DNA of 64,000 bases, from contig JAVRCV020000033.1 of the NCBI GenBank assembly GCA_034530615.2, forward strand, positions 92,128-156,127, given 5' to 3'. Origin of the DNA: Aulosira sp. ZfuVER01 (GTDB lineage Bacteria; Cyanobacteriota; Cyanobacteriia; Cyanobacteriales; Nostocaceae). The stretch's first letter is position 1. Each line of letters begins with the position of its first letter. Positions 57,422 to 64,000 of this stretch are shown in pieces. The notes under the pieces were generated by a model. The model was given only the letters and a program-made list of their open reading frames with translations, had not been told where the DNA came from and did no database searches. The translations under genes and the position numbers were made by a program.

Positions 57422-59842
57422 ATGATGATCGATGATGAAGAATTGAGAGCCGTTTTCAAAGCAGCCAGTGAAGAACATCTGCAAAACCTGGATGACGGAT
57501 TGTTGTATCTGGAAAAACATCCCAACGATCTGGCTGTTCTGGAAGCCTTAATGCGCGAAGCACACTCCCTCAAAGGAGATGCCAATATGCTGGGAATCAA
57601 AGATATAGGCACCTTAGCGCACCAAGTTGAACATGTTTTGACGCAACTCAAGCGGCCAGAATTGCCTGCTGTAAATGCCGGGGATGCTTTGGCGGAAACA
57701 CCCTATGAACGCCTTGCCCACGCGATCGCCACCATCCGCAAACTCGTTCATCAAGCTGTTACCGGAGAACCTGCTGGGGTGAATACGTTTCAAGCTTTGG
57801 CAGAGTTGATGAGAACAGGGGGACAGGGGAGCAGGAAAGCAGGGGAAGCAGAGGAGCAGGGGGGCAGAGGAGAAATTAATACTTTTGAAAGTAGTGAGGA
57901 GGAAAACGAACCAATCCAAAATCTTCACACGCCATCCCCAACTCAAGTCGAGGAATCCTTACCGCAGTCTCTCATGGAGAGCCACTCCGTTGCTTGGGTT
58001 CCCCCCGTGGAAGCTCCCCAGACCGCTCTACCACATCCTGCACCAGCGTCTACAGCAGTAGCGCAAGACTCTGCTTACCGCATTGAAACCATCCGCGTCG
58101 GCACGCGCAACCTGGATACGTTAATGACTCAGGCAGGAGAGTTAACGGTAACTAAAATTCGGATTGCTCATCGGTTGGGAGAAATTGAAGCGATCGCTAA
58201 TTTATGGGAAGAATGGAACCGAGATTTGTTTGTCAATCGTTTTGCACTCACTCAGGCACAGCAGCGTAACGGTATATCCCAGAAGTTAAAATCCTTCCAC
58301 GATCGCACTGAGGAACGATTAGAGCAGTTAGGGCAGTTGGTTAAAACCTTGCGGGGTTCACTTTCCGAGGACACAACTCGCTTGGAAAAACTAAGCGGCG
58401 ATCTAGAAGAAGGAATTCGCACTCTGCGATTGTTACCGTTTTCCACAATCTTCAACCTCTTTCCCCGGATGGTGCGGGATCTGGCACGGCAGCAAAAAAA
58501 ATCCGTAGAGTTAATTCTGGAAGGCAAAGATACCCAGGCTGACAAACGTCTGTTGGAAGAAATGAAAGATCCGCTGATGCATATTTTGCGGAATGCGATC
58601 GATCACGGCATTGAATCACCCGAAGAACGGCAGCGGTTAGGTAAACCGACAACGGCAACCATTCGATTAAAAGCTTACCAAACTGCTACTAACATCGTTA
58701 TAGAAGTCAGTGATGACGGACGCGGAATTGATTTAAACAAAATCAAACAAACGGCTCTTAGACGAGGAATTTGTCGGGAGGATGAATTAGCGGTAATGAC
58801 TCCTAGGCAGATCCAGACATTGATATTTGCACCAGGATTTTCGACTGCACCCTTAATCACAGAAGTATCAGGACGCGGTGTGGGACTGGATGTGGTGCAA
58901 ACCAATGTGGAGAAATTAAAAGGTGCAATCGAGGTGGAATCCATTCCCGGACAGGGATGTACGCTGCGGATCAACCTTGGCATCACCCTAGCAACGGCTC
59001 ATGTCTTGATTGTGCAAATCAATGAAATGCCCTACGCGATTCCGGTTGAGTTTGTGCAAACTGCTTGTTTAATTCGGTCAGAGGAAATTTTTACTCTAGA
59101 AGGACACGACACGATTATTCGAGATAGCCAACCCCTTTCTATTGTGCAACTGGCCGATCTGCTAGAACTACCAGCCCCATCCTCTGGATTGACGCAACAA
59201 ACGAGCCTTTCCTGTATCATTCTTCAAGTCGGGCAAGAACAATTAGGTGTAATTGTCGATGCTTTAGTCGATGAGCAAGATGTGCTCATTAAACCGCAAA
59301 GTCAGTTGCTAAAACGAGTGCGTAATGTTTCTGGTGCAACAATTTTGGGTACGGGAGAGGTATGCATGGTGCTGAATCCTCAGGATTTGGTGAAGTCTGC
59401 CCGATTGCGATGCCTGCGGCGGGCTACGCCTACTCACTCCATCTCTGCCACTCAAAACCGTCAACCCGCACCCAGCAAACTCACCGTTTTATTAGTCGAA
59501 GATTCCATTGCCACCCGCACTCAAGAAAAGCGAATTTTAGAAACCGCAGGCTATCAGGTAATTACGGCGGTGGATGGATTAGACGGATTTAACAAACTGC
59601 GATCGCACAATAATGTAGATGCTGTTGTCAGCGATGTGCAGATGCCAAATTTAGATGGGCTGGGATTAACCGCCAAAATCCGGGAATACCAGGAATATAA
59701 CGAGCTACCGATTATTCTGGTAACATCCCTAGCCAGCGACGAAGATAAACGACGGGGTGCGGAAGCCGGAGCGAATGCGTACATTGTTAAAGGCAGCTTT
59801 AATCAAGATATCTTGCTGTCAACTCTCAAACGTTTAGTATGA
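57422..59842 (+). CDS. cheA: Hybrid CheA (Hpt-dimer-HATPase-CheW-REC)
   Basis: AHSLKG, RNAIDHGIE, DDGRG, SGRGVGLDVV and a C-terminal REC. Confidence 0.94.
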   Translation: MMIDDEELRAVFKAASEEHLQNLDDGLLYLEKHPNDLAVLEALMREAHSLKGDANMLGIKDIGTLAHQVEHVLTQLKRPELPAVNAGDALAETPYERLAHAIATIRKLVHQAVTGEPAGVNTFQALAELMRTGGQGSRKAGEAEEQGGRGEINTFESSEEENEPIQNLHTPSPTQVEESLPQSLMESHSVAWVPPVEAPQTALPHPAPASTAVAQDSAYRIETIRVGTRNLDTLMTQAGELTVTKIRIAHRLGEIEAIANLWEEWNRDLFVNRFALTQAQQRNGISQKLKSFHDRTEERLEQLGQLVKTLRGSLSEDTTRLEKLSGDLEEGIRTLRLLPFSTIFNLFPRMVRDLARQQKKSVELILEGKDTQADKRLLEEMKDPLMHILRNAIDHGIESPEERQRLGKPTTATIRLKAYQTATNIVIEVSDDGRGIDLNKIKQTALRRGICREDELAVMTPRQIQTLIFAPGFSTAPLITEVSGRGVGLDVVQTNVEKLKGAIEVESIPGQGCTLRINLGITLATAHVLIVQINEMPYAIPVEFVQTACLIRSEEIFTLEGHDTIIRDSQPLSIVQLADLLELPAPSSGLTQQTSLSCIILQVGQEQLGVIVDALVDEQDVLIKPQSQLLKRVRNVSGATILGTGEVCMVLNPQDLVKSARLRCLRRATPTHSISATQNRQPAPSKLTVLLVEDSIATRTQEKRILETAGYQVITAVDGLDGFNKLRSHNNVDAVVSDVQMPNLDGLGLTAKIREYQEYNELPIILVTSLASDEDKRRGAEAGANAYIVKGSFNQDILLSTLKRLV
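59407..59435 (+). repeat. 21-nt in-frame repeat insertion in a degenerate HIP1 site inside cheA
   Basis: GCGAT+GCCTGCGGCGGGCTACGCCTA+CTC. Confidence 0.7.
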
Positions 59843-60942
59843 AGCAATCTACTCCCATCCGTGTCTTTCTAGTTGAGGATTCGCCCGTCGCCTTAACCAT
59901 CCTCAAGCGAATTCTGGCGAGTTCTACCGAAGTCAGCGTGGTAGGAACTGCCCCGAATGGTGTGGAAGCATTGGCGCAAATTCCCACTGCCCAACCCCAG
60001 GTAATTTGCACCGATCTGCACATGCCCCACATGAATGGTTTAGAACTGACTCGTCGGCTGATGGCAGACTATCCCCGTCCCATTCTCGTAATTAGTGCTT
60101 CCGTCAACACCCAAGAAGATTCGCGCAATGTGTTTGAACTACTGCAAGCTGGTGCTTTGGATGTCTTTCCCAAACCCACCGTTGGCTCACTTTCAGACTA
60201 CGAACAAATCAAGCAGGACTTAATTAACCGGATTAAAGTTTTAGCGGGAGTTAAAGTTTTTACCCGTCACCCGACAAGAATTGAGAGTGCAGAGTTAACA
60301 ATCAAGTCTGTGAAACCCAAAATTGGCAATGAAGCATTCAGCCCAACACCTGCTAGGACTTCTCAATTCTCTCCATTGAAAATCGTAGCGATCGGAGCCT
60401 CTACAGGCGGCCCCCAAGCATTGCACACGATTCTCAAACAGTTGCCTGCAAACTTTCCTGTGCCCATTTTGTGTGTACAACATATTAGCGAAGGATTTTT
60501 ACTTGGGCTGGTTGACTGGCTAGCAGCAGAATGTTCCCTGCGCGTCACGATCGCCCAGCCAGGAGACTTACCCAAACCAGGCACTGTTTATTTTGCGCCC
60601 GAACGAAAACACCTGCAACTAGATGCTCAAGGACGATTTCTCACTAGTAGCACACCTGCTGTTTCCGGTCATCGTCCCTCCGTAACCGTACTATTTCAAG
60701 CCCTTGCTACCTGTTACCCGCGATCGACTGTTGGCATTCTCCTAACTGGTATGGGACGCGATGGTGCAGATGGACTAAAGGCGATCGCCTCTTCTGGAGG
60801 TGACACCATTGCCCAAAATGAGCAAACCTGCGTTGTATTCGGGATGCCAAAGGAAGCGATCGCTCTGGGAGCCGCCCAACAGGTTTTGCCAATTCATGAA
60901 ATTGCGCCGATGCTTTTGTATCGAGTTTTGGCAATGAAGTAA
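59839..60942 (+). CDS. cheB: CheB protein-glutamate methylesterase
   Basis: REC plus intact triad motifs GASTGG, VQH and TGMGRDG. Confidence 0.94.
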   Translation: MKQSTPIRVFLVEDSPVALTILKRILASSTEVSVVGTAPNGVEALAQIPTAQPQVICTDLHMPHMNGLELTRRLMADYPRPILVISASVNTQEDSRNVFELLQAGALDVFPKPTVGSLSDYEQIKQDLINRIKVLAGVKVFTRHPTRIESAELTIKSVKPKIGNEAFSPTPARTSQFSPLKIVAIGASTGGPQALHTILKQLPANFPVPILCVQHISEGFLLGLVDWLAAECSLRVTIAQPGDLPKPGTVYFAPERKHLQLDAQGRFLTSSTPAVSGHRPSVTVLFQALATCYPRSTVGILLTGMGRDGADGLKAIASSGGDTIAQNEQTCVVFGMPKEAIALGAAQQVLPIHEIAPMLLYRVLAMK

Positions 60943-60955
60943 CAATTGATTTGAT

Positions 60956-61354
60956 TCACGAACAAACAGCCGAGGTAACGATAAACTTCCGTACTATTTC
61001 TTGCAATTGTTCAGCATTAAAGGGTTTGGCTAGATATTCTGTTGCCCCTGCCAATTGTCCTTTGACTCGATCGAACGGAGTGTCTTGAGAAGTTACCATA
61101 ATTATCGGTAAATGCTGAAACTGAGGCAAGCCGCGTACTGTACGGCAAAACTCTAACCCACTTACATCGGGCATCTGCACATCTAATAGCAGCACTGAAA
61201 TCGGTTGATGATAAATAATCGACAAAGCATCAACCGCATTATCGACTGTTATCACCCGATATTTCGATTCCAAACTCCGCTTAATCAGTTGATGAATTAC
61301 AGGGCTATCGTCAAGCGCAAGAACCATCGGTGAACTTGTCGTACTATGTGGCAT
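60956..61354 (-). CDS. Single-domain response regulator (CheY-like; start uncertain)
   Basis: LDDS, LDVQMP and KPF motifs. Confidence 0.85.
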   Translation of the reverse strand: MPHSTTSSPMVLALDDSPVIHQLIKRSLESKYRVITVDNAVDALSIIYHQPISVLLLDVQMPDVSGLEFCRTVRGLPQFQHLPIIMVTSQDTPFDRVKGQLAGATEYLAKPFNAEQLQEIVRKFIVTSAVCS

Positions 61355-61499
61355 AGCTGGTAAGTGGATGAGCTTTATTTTCATCATTCCCAAAGCAACA
61401 CCCTAAAGATAGATATTTAATAAATTTTTATTAAAATTTTAAGGTTCTGAAAGAGCAAAGGCTGTCACTGGCGCTAATGAATTGATTTTTGTTAATGTT

Positions 61500-61531
61500 C
61501 ATCTCCCCGATTTCTTTGAGAAATCGGGGAA
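61500..61531. repeat. Palindromic dispersed repeat flanked by 9-bp direct repeats
   Basis: tccccgatttct ttg agaaatcgggga, with gttaatgtt at 61491-61499 and 61532-61540. Confidence 0.65.
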
Positions 61532-61539
61532 GTTAATGT

Positions 61540-63582
61540 TTAAGTACTTTTAACTAGAGACTCAACCGGAATTTGAATCAAGAACTCGCTGCCTTGTCCC
61601 AGTTCTGATGAGCAATTGAGGATGCCACCATGTTTTTCAACGACAATTTGATAGCTGATTGAGAGTCCTAGCCCAGTGCCCTTGCCGATCGGTTTTGTAG
61701 TAAAAAATGGATTGAACAGCTTTTGCCTGACGGTTTCTGTCATGCCAGAACCATTATCTCGAATTTGAATTATTACACTGTCCGCTGTTGAGAGTTGTGA
61801 AAGCTCGACATCGTTATTTTTTTGTCCTTTAATGAGTTGCGTTTGAATGATAATTGTAGGATTTGATATTTCATCTAAGGCATCGATCGCATTACTGAGA
61901 ATATTCATAAAAACTTGATTCAACTGTCCCGCATAACATTCAACGGGGGGTAAATCTCCATATTTTTTAATTACTTGAATCTCAAATTTAGCGCTGGTTA
62001 ATTTCAAACGATTTTTTAAAATCAACAAAGTATTATCAATGCCTTCGTGGATGTCCACTGCTTTCCGTTCGGCTTCATCCAGGCGGGAGAAATTCCGCAG
62101 AGACAGCACAATTTGCCGAATCCGATCGCCTCCCATCCGCATAGACGATAATAAACTAGGCAGATCTTCACTCAAGAAATCCAGGTCGATCGTCTCTATC
62201 TTTTCCTCAATTGCGGCGATGGGATGGGGATAGGCTTCCTGGTAAAGATGCAATAGTTCCAACAAATCCCGGACATAATTGCTTGCATGGGCAATATTGC
62301 CATTAATAAAGTTGACCGGGTTGTTGATTTCGTGAGCAACTCCGGCTACCAATTGCCCTAAACTCGACATTTTCTCTTGCTGCACCAGTTGCATTTGGGT
62401 TTGCTGTAACTGGTGCAGCGCGTTCCCTAGATGGGTTGCTTGAGTTTGAGCGGCAAAGGCGGCGGCGCGTGTTTGCACAAGCAATTCTGCTTGGTCAAGG
62501 GCGATCGCCACTTGATCGCTAACTGCTTTGAGTAACCGAACTTCACTATTAGTCCAGGTACGAGAACCGCTACATTGATGGCAAATAATGGCACCCAGTT
62601 GACCAGCGTGGGTTCTCAGGGGAAGCAGTAGCATCGAGGTTGTTTCCAGTTGGTGCAGGAGTGCCAAATCCTGAGGGGTCAGCGCTAGGGTGGTAACAGC
62701 AACATTCTCAATCTGGAGCATATCTAGATTTAAGATGGTTTCTGCCAGAAGAGAACCTTGCCCAACTGGAAGTTCACCCAAGGCGCTCTTAATCTCTGCG
62801 TTTATCGCCTCGTGCGTCACCGTAAAGCAGAAGCGATCGCCATGTGGTAGACACCAAACAAAGCCACAGCGATCGACATGCAATAAGGTGTGAATTTCAT
62901 TAACCGCTGTTTGTAAAATCGTATCCAAATCTAAAGAATTGCGGATTTGATTTGCCAGATTAAACAGAATTGAATCTTGTTGACTAAGTAATTCTTGGGT
63001 AATCAATTGCTGTTTGAGTTGTTTAATTTCGGGAATAATCTGACGTAGTTTTGTGGTGTTGCGCTTTAACTCCAGCTGCGTCACCACTTGCTGGCTGAGG
63101 GTCTGCAACGCTTTGAGTTGTTTCGTGTTCAAATCACGCGGTTTGGAGTCCATGACGCAAAGCGTACCCAGGATACAACCACCAGCGGTGACTAGAGGTA
63201 CTCCGGCATAAAACCGGATATGGGGAGCTTGAGTGACCAAGGGATAGGTCGCAAACTGCGGAACATCCAGGGTATCTGGAATTATAAAGACATCTGATTG
63301 GCGAATAGTATGGTTACAAAATGTCTGGTCTCTGCGAATTTCTCTGATGGTGATGCCAACTTTAGACTTTACCCACTGGCGATCGGTACTGATAAAACTC
63401 ACTAATGCGATTGGGGTTTGACAGAGATCGGCCGCTAATTCTGTCAGGTCATCTAATGCGGAATTAGGTTCAATTTCTAACATCTGAAACTGATACACTG
63501 CCTTAAGCCGAGTTAGCTCGTTGGTGCAGGGGATGGTTGTGCAGGAGAAAACGGATTCGAGTTGCAGTTCAGGTATTTTCAT
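61540..63582 (-). CDS. GAF-GAF sensor histidine kinase
   Basis: IRFYAGVPL GAF, second GAF, AHEINNP and FFTTKPIGKGTGLGL. Confidence 0.93.
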   Translation of the reverse strand: MKIPELQLESVFSCTTIPCTNELTRLKAVYQFQMLEIEPNSALDDLTELAADLCQTPIALVSFISTDRQWVKSKVGITIREIRRDQTFCNHTIRQSDVFIIPDTLDVPQFATYPLVTQAPHIRFYAGVPLVTAGGCILGTLCVMDSKPRDLNTKQLKALQTLSQQVVTQLELKRNTTKLRQIIPEIKQLKQQLITQELLSQQDSILFNLANQIRNSLDLDTILQTAVNEIHTLLHVDRCGFVWCLPHGDRFCFTVTHEAINAEIKSALGELPVGQGSLLAETILNLDMLQIENVAVTTLALTPQDLALLHQLETTSMLLLPLRTHAGQLGAIICHQCSGSRTWTNSEVRLLKAVSDQVAIALDQAELLVQTRAAAFAAQTQATHLGNALHQLQQTQMQLVQQEKMSSLGQLVAGVAHEINNPVNFINGNIAHASNYVRDLLELLHLYQEAYPHPIAAIEEKIETIDLDFLSEDLPSLLSSMRMGGDRIRQIVLSLRNFSRLDEAERKAVDIHEGIDNTLLILKNRLKLTSAKFEIQVIKKYGDLPPVECYAGQLNQVFMNILSNAIDALDEISNPTIIIQTQLIKGQKNNDVELSQLSTADSVIIQIRDNGSGMTETVRQKLFNPFFTTKPIGKGTGLGLSISYQIVVEKHGGILNCSSELGQGSEFLIQIPVESLVKST

Positions 63583-64000
63583 ATTGCAATGCTTAAGTGG
63601 AAGCAGCAGGTGCAGTCAGCCATAGTCATACCAATTAACATCATGTTTGCGACATATAAGATTATTCATAAGGAACGTGTTTCCTACCCATCTGTCGCAT
63701 TCTTTTTTCACCTTAATATCAGTTCAATCTACTCACAAACTCAAGGTTGATCAACTAAGTTTCCATTGAGTGTGTGAAACTGCTTCATATATTTTCAAAT
63801 TAGCTCGAAATTTTGAATATACTAAGAGCTATTCGTTTATCTACAGTAAGCCTAGATACTTCAAGCTGCGTCGTGTAATCTCAATTCGCGCAGGTGCATC
63901 TTCTGGTGTGCGGAAGTTAATAGTTGTGGCAAAAAAATAAACATTATTATCCCTCTTTTGTTACTTCAGGGAAAGAAAAATAGTCAGAAATTCAACTGGC

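Noticed and set aside
1..64000. Antisense or overlapping 60-170 aa ORFs inside long genes; defence systems, integrases, transposases
   Set aside because: The ORFs are shadows of confident CDSs, and no nuclease, RT, cas, integrase or transposase motifs were seen.

Overview
This is chromosomal DNA from a heterocyst-forming (Nostocales-type) cyanobacterium, inferred from abundant HIP1 octamers (GCGATCGC), heptameric STRR tandem repeats and small dispersed repeats. Bases 1-33.7 kb, downstream of a tRNA-Gly(CCC), form a patchy accessory/stress region. It holds the end of a cox operon, NDH-2, VOC, TauE/DUF1634, DoxX, gluconolactonase, GMC oxidoreductase, HPP, ZIP, an RppA/RppB-like pair, a molybdopterin oxidoreductase with NarM-like partner, a ClC-CBS-Usp channel and several pseudogenes. 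Bases 34-50 kb carry an RND pump, an HD protein, an ABC permease, general stress genes, an hpt fragment and adenine deaminase. Bases 50-63.6 kb carry a complete CheR/CheB-containing chemosensory cluster with three MCPs. The most striking signal is at 6.7-16.2 kb. A CHASE3 histidine kinase and an OmpR-type regulator bracket an operon of FtsI-like and PBP1A-like peptidoglycan synthases. Four promoters there share a triple 11-bp direct repeat (ACCCGATWTYT-like) placed exactly 14 nt before a -10 hexamer. They are arranged as two paralogous cassettes, each reading [box - unannotated ~70-nt hairpin sRNA candidate] ... [box - 73/74-aa RHH-like microprotein - operon]. I infer a candidate cell-envelope two-component regulon with duplicated sRNA and microprotein outputs, whose second output (sucrose synthesis genes) is decaying. 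All functional assignments come from motif recognition only; no searches were run.
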